IMG/VR virus record: IMGVR_UViG_3300046660_000239 | Span: 3,155-67,154 of that record | Direction: 5' to 3' (one strand) | DNA from: a virus | Length of the DNA: 64,000 bases | Shown: positions 1-8,203 of the stretch, in pieces | Numbering within the stretch: the first letter of the stretch is position 1 | How the letters are laid out: every line of letters starts with the position of its first letter | Notes under the pieces: model-generated | What the model saw: the letters and a program-made list of their open reading frames with translations, nothing else | The model's database searches: none | What the model was told of the DNA's origin: nothing | Made by a program: the position numbers and the translations under genes

Positions 1-398
1 TCGCCCCACTCGACATCGCCCTGAACATCGCCCTGGCCAAACGCGGCGGGTGAGCCCTTGTCGTTGCTGCCGATGGAATCCGCGCCGATGCGGGCGCAAG
101 TTTCGGCATTGATGATCGGCTCGAGGCCATCAAGGCTGTCGAAAATGACAGTCTTGAACTGGTGGTCTTCGGAAAGCAGCTCGCCAACCACATTCTTGAG
201 ATCTTCCCAGGTCTCGATGTCGCCAGGGGTTGGAAGTTCAACATCACTTGGCGGGCGCTCGCCTGCCGTGCTGATGTAGACGGCATCAGGGAATTCCGCC
301 GCAAGCGACGACTTGCCGACGCCGTCAACGCCGTAAAGCAGCGTGATCGGCGGGGTCAGTCTGGTTGTGCTCTTTAACGAGCTTAACGAAATTGCCAA
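1..398 (-). CDS. AAA-family ATPase (Sak4/AAA_24-like recombination ATPase), runs off the window edge
   Basis: Translated by hand from TTG at 398 behind AGGAAGGAG: MAISLSSLK...LLYGVDGVGKSSLAAEFP (Walker A)...TVIFDSLDGLE (Walker B). Confidence 0.8.
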   Translation of the reverse strand, partial: MAISLSSLKSTTRLTPPITLLYGVDGVGKSSLAAEFPDAVYISTAGERPPSDVELPTPGDIETWEDLKNVVGELLSEDHQFKTVIFDSLDGLEPIINAETCARIGADSIGSNDKGSPAAFGQGDVQGDVEWG

Positions 399-542
399 GT
401 GTCTTCTCCTTCCTAGAGGTAAAGCGCCGCGATGATGATGACCACGGCAAGGGCCACCGGCCACCAGCTAAACGGATCCGGCCAACCATCTGGCGGCCCG
501 CCGTGCAGGGTCGTGTGCGCTGGCGCGTCGGCGTACGGGGTG

Positions 543-848
543 TTATTCGCCATGGGTATCGATCGCCTTGATGAACTTGTCGGTTCCCCAGACGCAGCCG
601 CTGAGAACCATGATTGCGATCGCGGCGACGAACAAGAACGGCGCGAAGATGAAGGATGCGACGGCCACGCCGGCGACGATGGCTGCGATTGCGGCGCGGC
701 GGAGGGTTGGCGCCTTGAACTGGGTTGGCGTTGTGGGCGCGATGGTGGCGTTGATGGGCACGTAGTCGAGCGGCGTGCCTGTGATTGGCGGGAGGATGGT
801 TGGTGTGTCGGCGGTTGGGCTGGGCGCTAGCCAGGGGGATTTGGTCAT
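543..848 (-). CDS. Hypothetical membrane protein
   Basis: ORF coupled to neighbours; long hydrophobic C-terminal segment. Confidence 0.6.
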   Translation of the reverse strand: MTKSPWLAPSPTADTPTILPPITGTPLDYVPINATIAPTTPTQFKAPTLRRAAIAAIVAGVAVASFIFAPFLFVAAIAIMVLSGCVWGTDKFIKAIDTHGE

Positions 849-1237
849 GCTGCGGCTCGTTGGTCGGTGAGGATATTCGACGACAAGCGCTTCATCGTTT
901 CGACGAGCGGGTTGACGAACTCGACTTCGACGCCGCTCTTGCGACCAAGCTCGATCACGTCGGAAAGAGCCGTCATGAACTCTTTCATGCGCGCCTCCTC
1001 GGCTGTCGGCAGGGCGGCGATCAGCGCAACGGCGTTGTCGATTAGCTCGGCCGTAGTTTTGCCTTTGACGTAGTGAAACTCATCCGCCCAGTTTGAGTTG
1101 GGCTTCGCCCATCGAAGCACGATATTTGAGGCTGCATTTGCCTCGATACGGTACTCGGCGCCAGGCATCCGCTTGCCCTTGGCAAGCATAGCTGCAGGCA
1201 AGTCATCGATTCTCTTTTGGATTTCCTTGGTATCCAT
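845..1237 (-). CDS. Hypothetical protein, paralog of 13555..13959
   Basis: ATG at 1237 behind AGAGGAGAC; shares RMKEFMTALSDVIELGR...FVNPLV with 13555..13959. Confidence 0.85.
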   Translation of the reverse strand: MDTKEIQKRIDDLPAAMLAKGKRMPGAEYRIEANAASNIVLRWAKPNSNWADEFHYVKGKTTAELIDNAVALIAALPTAEEARMKEFMTALSDVIELGRKSGVEVEFVNPLVETMKRLSSNILTDQRAAA

Positions 1238-1301
1238 AACGTCTCCTCTTAGCCGTGCGGTTGGTGGCCGCACGGCGTTGCTGTGGTGGCAGTTGGTGGT
1301 G

Positions 1302-1838
1302 TTAGGCGGCGCGGTGATATTCGCCGAAATTCTGTTCCGCCGCCGCAACGTATGCGGCATGAGCGTCTTCAGGCGTTTTGAACCGACCGAGATATTTCTG
1401 TTCTCCGTCAATCCATATTGACGAGACCCAGACGAAACTTCCGTCTCGGTTTTTCCTCCTCCTGGCGCCCTTCAATCCGCTCAAATTGTCGGATCGGTTC
1501 TTTCGGTTCATGTTGTTTTGGGAACGCGTTACATCGCGGAGGTTGAAAATTTTGTTGTTTGTTTCGTCGCCGTCGATGTGGTCGATATGGCCATCTGGCC
1601 ACCTACCATTGTGAAGCGCCCATACGATTCGGTGAACGGCCAGCTTTTCGCCCTTGATATGAACGGCGGCGTACTTCTTTGAGCCACCCCTAATCGCCGT
1701 TCCAGCAGCGCCTCCGATTTTTACTCGGCTCTGTGAAGAAGTCGGTTCCTTCCAAAACAATTCGCCCGTATCGCGATATCCAAGGCAGCGTTCTACGAGC
1801 TCGAACGTTGCGCGCTCCTCCGCAGGAGTGCCCATCAC
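1302..1838 (-). CDS. HNH homing endonuclease with AP2-like C-terminal domain
   Basis: HRIVW...IDHIDGDETNNKIFNLR (HNH_3 pattern); KYLGRFKTPEDAHAAY (AP2-like). Confidence 0.9.
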   Translation of the reverse strand: MMGTPAEERATFELVERCLGYRDTGELFWKEPTSSQSRVKIGGAAGTAIRGGSKKYAAVHIKGEKLAVHRIVWALHNGRWPDGHIDHIDGDETNNKIFNLRDVTRSQNNMNRKNRSDNLSGLKGARRRKNRDGSFVWVSSIWIDGEQKYLGRFKTPEDAHAAYVAAAEQNFGEYHRAA

Positions 1839-2128
1839 GCTGCTCCTTCCGTTGGTGTGTTCCGCTTCAGCGGACGACGCTTGGTGAAGTCGACCGGGAT
1901 GACGTTGTCATCCACGGGCTGCTTGGTGGCGGTCGGCGGCGTAGGCACGTCGTCATCATCGATGAGGTCAAGCTCCCATTCGTGGAACTGCAGAACCTCC
2001 AACGAAGGCGACACCCGGACGAGGACGATGCTTCCCATGAAGCCGATGACGATGCCGAAGACGTTGGTGTTCATCTTGTGCTCGACGACGTCGCCGATGC
2101 CGATGCAGTCACAATCGGTGCAGCTCAT
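1835..2128 (-). CDS. Hypothetical protein
   Basis: Stop/start overlaps with both neighbours. Confidence 0.7.
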   Translation of the reverse strand: MSCTDCDCIGIGDVVEHKMNTNVFGIVIGFMGSIVLVRVSPSLEVLQFHEWELDLIDDDDVPTPPTATKQPVDDNVIPVDFTKRRPLKRNTPTEGAA

Positions 2129-2472
2129 GCCGCCACCTGCAATTCAAGGCCGGCGACCAGAAGTTCGCGCGCCGACGGCTCGACCTCCGCAACGTCAAGA
2201 GTGGGGATGCGTTTGACAGACACGGGAACGACGCCACTCCAAGTGGAGCAGCCACCGTTGTGCGGCGTCATCTGGGTGGTAACGTTGGGATTATTGTCGT
2301 TTGCCGCCGAGACGGATGGTTTTGGAAAGTGGCCTGGGCCGAACTCTCTCCGTAGGCGCTGGTAAACGGTAATCGGCTTGAGGCGATATCTGGTCGCAAT
2401 GCTGGCGTTGCTTTCGCCGCTCAGTCTGCGCGCATGCATATCGGCCAGCATCTCGCTGGTAATGATTGTCAT
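2125..2472 (-). CDS. Hypothetical HTH-like protein, first gene of the leftward early operon
   Basis: ATG 2472 behind CACCACAGAGGAGAC; SNASIATRYRLKPITVYQRLRR looks like an HTH. Confidence 0.7.
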   Translation of the reverse strand: MTIITSEMLADMHARRLSGESNASIATRYRLKPITVYQRLRREFGPGHFPKPSVSAANDNNPNVTTQMTPHNGGCSTWSGVVPVSVKRIPTLDVAEVEPSARELLVAGLELQVAA

Positions 2473-2542
2473 ATTGTCTCCTCTGTGGTGATGTCGGCAA
2501 AACGGTGAACTTGCCAACCGACTGTCATAGTGTTATCGATTT

Positions 2543-2555
2543 ACAAATTTGTCAA
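2543..2555 (-). promoter_or_regulatory. ACAAATTTGT palindrome overlapping TTGACA (-35) of a leftward promoter
   Basis: One of nine exact copies of the 10-mer. Confidence 0.7.
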
Positions 2556-2570
2556 AGTGTAGCGGTGAAT

Positions 2571-3179
2571 ATGGCCCCCTCTAAATCAAGATTCGCGCAG
2601 ATGCTTGCGAACGAACAGACCAAGCAGGGCCTGACCGATCGCGAAGTGGTTGCGAAATACGACTGGCTGCAGCAAACGTTCAGCCGGTGGAAGAGTGGTA
2701 GCTTGCCGCGGCAGCACATGTTCGCGTCCATCGGCCAGTTTCTTGGCGTCAGCACGGAAGCGGTTGCCGAGCTTGTCGAAGAGGCGTCCGCAAGCACTGG
2801 CAACACGAAGCTTGCCGCAGCTTACGGCGGCGTCAAGATTTACGGCAAGGTGACCGACCGCAAAGCCGGCAAGTATGTGTTCGAAGCGTTCAACCAAGGA
2901 CGTAAGCGCATCCCCGAAGGCCGGTATGCTATCCTCGTGGATACGAAGGTCATGGAGCCGGCGCTGTTGGTCGGTACGAAGGCATGGCTGGATCCAGCCG
3001 TCTGGCCGAAGCCTGGCAACGAGGTGATGGTCCACGCCAAGGGCGGCGTTGCCTGGCTGGGGCGGCTGGTGTCGTTGGCTGACGCGCTGGCAACCATTGA
3101 GGCTGGCGGAAAGGAGATGACAATTCGAGACGTTGAGGCTGTGCATGTCATTGTCCTTTCTGAGCGCGTAGCTAAATAA
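2571..3179 (+). CDS. XRE-HTH transcriptional regulator with degenerate S24-like C-terminal domain (repressor 1)
   Basis: GLTDREVVAKYDWLQQTFSRWKSG HTH; YAILVDTKVMEP...GNEVMV resembles the S24 fold, with the catalytic Ser apparently lost. Confidence 0.75.
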   Translation: MAPSKSRFAQMLANEQTKQGLTDREVVAKYDWLQQTFSRWKSGSLPRQHMFASIGQFLGVSTEAVAELVEEASASTGNTKLAAAYGGVKIYGKVTDRKAGKYVFEAFNQGRKRIPEGRYAILVDTKVMEPALLVGTKAWLDPAVWPKPGNEVMVHAKGGVAWLGRLVSLADALATIEAGGKEMTIRDVEAVHVIVLSERVAK

Positions 3180-3183
3180 TAGC

Positions 3184-3213
3184 TTGACAAATTTGTAGCA
3201 TGTTTGGTAGACA
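3184..3213 (+). promoter_or_regulatory. Rightward promoter (TTGACA 3184-3189) overlapped by ACAAATTTGT (3187-3196)
   Basis: CTTGACAAATTTGT; -10-like TAGACA at 3208; no convincing ORF downstream. Confidence 0.65.
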
Positions 3214-3215
3214 TG

Positions 3216-3418
3216 CGTCGTCACTGTGGTGGTGATATCGAAATCCGGGATTAACGGCGCGGCCTAGCCAAGTCTCCTCTCCCGAGATAGTAGGAACTGC
3301 TTCTGCGAGCCTTTACGGGTGGTGCCGGCCTTCGGGTTGGCTCGCGGAAGCAGCTTTAGTCATCCAGCAAGAACGACAAAAAAACGCCTGCAGGCCTTAG
3401 CCAGCGGCGTTATTTTTT
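3216..3418 (+). ncRNA. Candidate structured sRNA with anti-CACCAC and anti-Shine-Dalgarno loops
   Basis: Promoter upstream, hairpin plus T-run downstream; 15-bp stem 3297-3311/3339-3353; cUUCGg tetraloop; G-U wobbles favour the + strand. Confidence 0.6.
3378..3418. terminator. Bidirectional intrinsic terminator
   Basis: A-run, ACGCC...GGCGT stem, T-run. Confidence 0.65.
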
Positions 3419-3449
3419 ATGTCGGCTTGTCGTTGAATTCGTTTCTCAT
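3417..3449 (-). CDS. Putative 10-aa peptide MRNEFNDKPT
   Basis: GAGGAGGGG 5 nt before the ATG; terminator immediately after the stop. Confidence 0.35.
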   Translation of the reverse strand: MRNEFNDKPT

Positions 3450-3508
3450 TGTAACCCCTCCTCGAATTGGTGTTCCTATAAAAAGGGAAAGCCGCCTTGG
3501 CGGCGGCT

Positions 3509-3583
3509 TCATCTTTTTCTCGGCGGCCCTCGGCCTTTCGGTGCAACTCTTCTTCTGTCGTGGTCTTTCGCGTTATGCCGCAT
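3509..3583 (-). CDS. Putative 24-aa basic peptide MRHNAKDHDRRRVAPKGRGPPRKR
   Basis: GGAG 7 nt before the ATG; followed by hairpin AGCCGCC-GCCAA-GGCGGCT and a T-run. Confidence 0.4.
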   Translation of the reverse strand: MRHNAKDHDRRRVAPKGRGPPRKR

Positions 3584-3818
3584 GATCATTCTCCAAATTG
3601 GGGGTTGTCGAGAATTAGTACCCTGTGAAAATCTGAGGCTGACCGCCCCGGCTGAAACTCTGTACCGCTTTTATAATGCCGCCTAGCTGACCCGTTCGGC
3701 GCCTTGTCTCTGCTTACAGGATTAATTGCTATAGGTTATCGGTTTATAGGTCAAGAGGATTATCTTGCCAATGGACACATAAACTGATAACTAGTTGAAA
3801 AATTACGGGATAAATTTT

Positions 3819-4550
3819 ATGAGCAAACTTTCAGAGCGCCTTACTTCGCGAGCCGCCGAACTTAATATTTCACAGACTGACCTGGCCGCTCGTGTGGAGA
3901 TGTCACAGCCGAGCATCAGTGATTTGTTCGCTGGGCTGACCGCCTCCCCGAAGAAGTGGAAGGAGATCGCCAGGGAGCTGCAGATCGACGAAAAGGAGAT
4001 GCTGGCCCTTATACAGGACGCCATTGTCGAGGCTGGCAAAACACAACGCATACGCCGAACGATAACCGGAGCGCTGGCCGCCCTCGAGGATAGCCTTGAG
4101 CCAAACGGCACGATAGATCCCGCTCCGGTATCGGTATTATCAGGAAAACCAACGCGCATGCTCCCCGTCTTGGGCGAAGCGGTCGGTGGCGACGACGGAC
4201 AATATGCATTCAACGGCCAGATCCTCGACTATGTCGCCTGCCCGCCCTCGCTGACGAACGTGCCGAACGCCTATGCCGTCTGGATCGATGGCGAGTCGAT
4301 GTATCCGCGCTATAAGTCCGGCGAGCTTGTATATGTGCACCCAGGCAAGCCGCCGCGGCGCGGTGATGATGTGATCGTGCAGATAAGGCCCAGCGAGGAG
4401 TACATGCCGCCGCGTGGCTTCGTTAAAGAGCTCGTCGGCTATCTCGGCGATAAGCTGGTGCTGAAGCAATACAATCCTGACAGCCGAATCGAATTCCCGC
4501 GAGAAGACGTTATAAGCATCCATCCTATAATTTTTTCTGGAAAATATTGA
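3819..4550 (+). CDS. CI-like repressor (XRE HTH + S24 autopeptidase)
   Basis: ISQTDLAARVEMSQPSISDL HTH; AYAVWIDGESMYP (catalytic Ser) and FVKEL (catalytic Lys). Confidence 0.92.
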   Translation: MSKLSERLTSRAAELNISQTDLAARVEMSQPSISDLFAGLTASPKKWKEIARELQIDEKEMLALIQDAIVEAGKTQRIRRTITGALAALEDSLEPNGTIDPAPVSVLSGKPTRMLPVLGEAVGGDDGQYAFNGQILDYVACPPSLTNVPNAYAVWIDGESMYPRYKSGELVYVHPGKPPRRGDDVIVQIRPSEEYMPPRGFVKELVGYLGDKLVLKQYNPDSRIEFPREDVISIHPIIFSGKY

Positions 4551-4634
4551 TTTATAGGTTGACTCGCTGAACCTATAATCTTATACCTCTCCTCACAGCC
4601 GCACCATGGCTGGGCACCACTTGAGGAGACCGAC

Positions 4635-4832
4635 ATGCTCGGCAGAAGATTTATCGACCCGGAAGATCACGTACCGCTGGCTATCGCGGCTGGCAGCGCG
4701 GAGCCTTTCCGCAAGCCCGACCACAAAGCAAAACGCCACCCGAAGCCGCGCAACGTAGATTGCCGCGGCCGCTTTGCGTTGCGTCACCAGAAGCCCGGCC
4801 GCGTGCTGGCTGAGATGGGCGGTGATGAATGA
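4635..4832 (+). CDS. Hypothetical protein
   Basis: CACCACTTGAGGAGAC leader and ATG. Confidence 0.7.
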   Translation: MLGRRFIDPEDHVPLAIAAGSAEPFRKPDHKAKRHPKPRNVDCRGRFALRHQKPGRVLAEMGGDE

Positions 4833-5188
4833 GTGCCGTGTGGACGCCACCACTGCCGTATGAGCTCATCGATGCGACTGCGCACCACGGCCCGTACATC
4901 TGCACCTCGTATGGCACGACGGTCTGCGATTTCTACTTCATGACCGATCCAGCCGCGTTCTCAGTTCGCAACGGCGGCACGTCGCGCCCCATCTCGTTCA
5001 CTGATGCGGCAGAGCATGCGGCCTTCTTGGTGAAGGCCGCAAACGTCCACGACGAGTTGCTTGGGGCTCTCCGAGGCGCGCTTGAGTGGATGTCATGTGT
5101 CGAGCCGCATCTGCGCAACGGCCTGCCGTTCAAGCGGAACCTCCTTGCATATGAGCAGGCCATCGCAAAAGCGGAGGGCAGATCATGA
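4829..5188 (+). CDS. Hypothetical phage protein
   Basis: ATGA coupling; AAFLVKAANVHDELLGAL...AIAKAEG resembles a common phage motif. Confidence 0.75.
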   Translation: MSAVWTPPLPYELIDATAHHGPYICTSYGTTVCDFYFMTDPAAFSVRNGGTSRPISFTDAAEHAAFLVKAANVHDELLGALRGALEWMSCVEPHLRNGLPFKRNLLAYEQAIAKAEGRS

Positions 5189-5403
5189 CCAACCACATCG
5201 ACACCAGCAAGCTCGACGAGCCAATCCTCGACGATAGAGACCCCGTTTACGCCGACTTTTTGTATGTCGCCGACGGGAGGGTCATTCTAAGCGACTGGCA
5301 CGCCATCACGGTTCGCGAATTCAAGATCCGGATAAACGCCAAGGAGATTCGCCGCTGCGATATCTACGGACGGTCGGATCAGTTTTTCGGGAGGGCTGCA
5401 TGA
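5185..5403 (+). CDS. Hypothetical protein
   Basis: ATGA coupling. Confidence 0.7.
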   Translation: MTNHIDTSKLDEPILDDRDPVYADFLYVADGRVILSDWHAITVREFKIRINAKEIRRCDIYGRSDQFFGRAA

Positions 5404-5688
5404 TGAACCGCGCCGACCTCGACGACGACCGCATCACGCTCCGCAGCTTTCTTTATGACGCGCTCGCCGCCATATCTGCGGGTGGCTTCGTCGCCGCCGT
5501 TTCCATCTGGCTGCCGTACATCGTGCAGCATCAGTAATTGCCCAAGGGCAATAGAGCGCGGTCGGTGATGATGGCTGCAACTATTCGTTTTCGTGCCGCG
5601 CTCTAGCACATTCGCCCAAGCCGATTACGAATCCCGCATTCTCTCCGCTCTCGCCTAACCACCAACCACCACCACAAGAGGAGACACT

Positions 5689-5898
5689 ATGACCAACGAT
5701 ATCAGACCATATAACGGCACAGGCACCGAAGTCGTCGACAGCCTGACGCCAGCCACGGATATTCCCGCAGGCAGACTGGCCGCCGTTGCGGACTGGCATA
5801 GCCAGTCGAGCAAGCGAGCACGCCGTCACGCAACGATCGCCAGCAAGCTGCGCGAAGTCGCAAGGATGATCGCCAACGACAATCGTGTGCAGCCATGA
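5689..5898 (+). CDS. Hypothetical protein
   Basis: CACCACCACAAGAGGAGAC leader. Confidence 0.75.
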   Translation: MTNDIRPYNGTGTEVVDSLTPATDIPAGRLAAVADWHSQSSKRARRHATIASKLREVARMIANDNRVQP

Positions 5899-6101
5899 GC
5901 GGTCGCACTACTACCGGCTGCTCCACGCCAGGCCGCGTCATGACTGACGACAAATTCGCTCGAGGCATGTGCATCGGCTTGCCGGTCTGCCTCTTGCTGT
6001 GGGGGCTGATTGCCCTCGCTGCGGTCTCGTTGGCCGGCTGCCAGTCGTATCAGCCGCCGGCTGGGGGCTTGGAAGGTGGCGTTATGGAGGTGTTGCGGTG
6101 A
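5895..6101 (+). CDS. Small membrane protein or lipoprotein
   Basis: Hydrophobic stretch ending in a LAGC lipobox. Confidence 0.5.
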   Translation: MSGRTTTGCSTPGRVMTDDKFARGMCIGLPVCLLLWGLIALAAVSLAGCQSYQPPAGGLEGGVMEVLR

Positions 6102-6433
6102 CGGCCCACCAGCCAGCAAATGACAACGCCCCGCTCGGCAAGGTTTATACCCTTGCCGAGGCGGCAGATCACCTTAGGCTCACCAATCGTGGTGTCGCCA
6201 AGATTGCCAAGCAACACGGCTTCTGCATGGTGCGCGGCAGGGATATTCTGTTAACCGATAGCGATATCGAGTCTATAAAGGACATTCTTCGATGCCCCTC
6301 AAGCTCTACAAGCGCGGCAAGGTCTGGTGGATCTCCGGCACTGTCCACGGACAAAAAGTACGAGAAACTACTGGCTCTAACGACAAAGAAGTCGCCGAAG
6401 CCATCCGTATCAAAAAAGAAGCTGGCCTCGTAA
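6098..6433 (+). CDS. Excisionase-like HTH protein
   Basis: GTG start behind GGAGG; VYTLAEAADHLRLTNRGV winged-HTH pattern; directly before int. Confidence 0.7.
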   Translation: MTAHQPANDNAPLGKVYTLAEAADHLRLTNRGVAKIAKQHGFCMVRGRDILLTDSDIESIKDILRCPSSSTSAARSGGSPALSTDKKYEKLLALTTKKSPKPSVSKKKLAS

Positions 6434-7449
6434 GTGATCACGTCTACGGGCCGAAGGCGACGCGAGATTTTTCTGACGCTGTGACTTCCTACATCGAAGC
6501 CGGCGGAGAGCGCCGATACATCGGCACGCCTCACTCTGGTCTTCTTTGGCACTTCTATTCGACACCCCTAAAAGACATCCAGCAGGATGATCTAGACAAG
6601 GCGGCGCGCACCCTTTATCCGACCGCGCTGCCTGAGACGCGCAACAGGCAATGCTATACCCCGTTCATTGCGGTCTGGAACCACGCAGTAAAGAACGGCT
6701 GGGCCGACATGCGCCTGTGGTCGCGTCCTAAGAAGGCGAAGGGCACCAATGTCGTCCGCATTGCCAAGCGACGTGCAGGCACGTTCCCGGTCGACTACGA
6801 GCATGCAGCAAAGTTCATTGCGGCCATGTCTCCTGGCCCCGCCATGCTGATGACAACGCTTTTCTATACCGGCATGCGGCCGATCGAGATTTTCGCACTC
6901 GAGGCTGACGACGTGAACATTGCCGGTCGGTGGATCACGCTGACGAAGACGAAGACCGGCGAGCCGCGCGGCATACCGATCCACGAGTTCCTTGTGCCGA
7001 TCTTTGAATCGTTGCTCAAGCGGAATTCGCTTGCCGAAGATCCGCGCCTATTCAGGACGCCGAAGGGCGAGCCTTACGCCACCATCGTTACCGAAGTTGA
7101 GGGCGAGGGCGGCGGCGGACTGAAGACGGCAATCAACGGCGCGCGCAAGCGGTCGGGCATTAGGGATATCGCGCCATACACTGGCCGCCACTCTTGCTCG
7201 ACTGGATTGGTCGTGGCCGGCGTTCACCCGCATATCAAGGATCAGATCCTGGGCCACGCTGCGGATGACATGAGCCGCCATTACACCAATGTGCCGCAGG
7301 CACCGCTGATAGAGGCAATCAATAAACTGCCAGTGCCAGAGACGTGGGCGAAGTTACCATGGCACGACGACCCGTTGGCGTGGTCCGGCAAGTTCGCCGA
7401 GGGCATGGGCAAGCGGACTGATTTGGATAGGAAGCGCGATGCAGGATGA
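6292..7449 (+). CDS. int: Tyrosine integrase
   Basis: YTGMRPIE (R), KTKTG (K), YTGRH (HxxR variant), ILGH, RHYT (Y). Confidence 0.95.
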   Translation: MPLKLYKRGKVWWISGTVHGQKVRETTGSNDKEVAEAIRIKKEAGLVSDHVYGPKATRDFSDAVTSYIEAGGERRYIGTPHSGLLWHFYSTPLKDIQQDDLDKAARTLYPTALPETRNRQCYTPFIAVWNHAVKNGWADMRLWSRPKKAKGTNVVRIAKRRAGTFPVDYEHAAKFIAAMSPGPAMLMTTLFYTGMRPIEIFALEADDVNIAGRWITLTKTKTGEPRGIPIHEFLVPIFESLLKRNSLAEDPRLFRTPKGEPYATIVTEVEGEGGGGLKTAINGARKRSGIRDIAPYTGRHSCSTGLVVAGVHPHIKDQILGHAADDMSRHYTNVPQAPLIEAINKLPVPETWAKLPWHDDPLAWSGKFAEGMGKRTDLDRKRDAG

Positions 7450-8203
7450 GACGCTGACTAAGGTTTGCACGAAGTGCGGCGAGGCGAAGGAGCTAACAGC
7501 GTTTCACAAAGACCGCAGCGGAAGATTTGGTGTAACGACGAGGTGCAAGGCGTGCACAAAGCTGGCAGATGCAGAAAAATTTGCCAGAGCTGCGCATGGA
7601 GTAGCTGACCGAGTTGGGTGTAAAAATCCAACGGCATGTAAGGCAAAAGGGGCTAGCACATGCCCTCCTTGCACGAGAGCTAAGTTGTTTGCAGACCCTC
7701 ACTACGTAGCAAAGATGAATAATGCCCGCAACGCTGTGATGGCGACGGAGGAATATAAGATTGCAGCATCGAAACGCATGGCCGCCCTCTACGGGGATCC
7801 GGAGTTCGCCGAGGCAAATCGGCGGCGATCATCTGAGCGGCTAACGAGGCTTAACGAGAATCCAGAGTTTCGCAAAAAATCCAGCGATAGATTCAAGGCG
7901 CTTCACGCCGACGATAGATTCTCGGAGGGGCTAAAGGAGCGAGCGGCGCTTCAGATGAAGGCCCTTTGGGAAGACGTGGACTTCAGAAAATCCGTAGTCG
8001 AGCGAACCAGAGAGATGAACGCCGATACTGATTTTCAGAAAAGGCGAATAGCGGCAGTCAAGATCTACCACCAAAACCGCCGCGAAAATGAAGAGTTCGA
8101 TGCGTTCATGGAGCGCATGGAAGCCGAGGCCGCCGAATGGGAGGCCGCCAACCAAACCACCACAGAAGAAGGAGACTTAAATGGCACCAGTGATCCAAGA
8201 TAA
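7439..8203 (+). CDS. Zn-finger protein with NUMOD-like helical repeats; no nuclease domain seen
   Basis: CTKC...CKAC; repeats such as DPHY, DPEF, NPEFRKK, DVDFRK, DTDFQK. Confidence 0.7.
   Translation: MQDETLTKVCTKCGEAKELTAFHKDRSGRFGVTTRCKACTKLADAEKFARAAHGVADRVGCKNPTACKAKGASTCPPCTRAKLFADPHYVAKMNNARNAVMATEEYKIAASKRMAALYGDPEFAEANRRRSSERLTRLNENPEFRKKSSDRFKALHADDRFSEGLKERAALQMKALWEDVDFRKSVVERTREMNADTDFQKRRIAAVKIYHQNRRENEEFDAFMERMEAEAAEWEAANQTTTEEGDLNGTSDPR

Noticed and set aside
2586-3224. 212-aa minus-strand ORF overlapping repressor 1 and the sRNA promoter
   Set aside because: Antisense to a clear HTH gene, no SD, no recognisable motifs; probably a shadow ORF, although overlapping immunity genes cannot be fully excluded.
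3319-3585. 88-aa + strand ORF as a cro candidate
   Set aside because: No HTH pattern or RBS, and it runs through two terminator hairpins.
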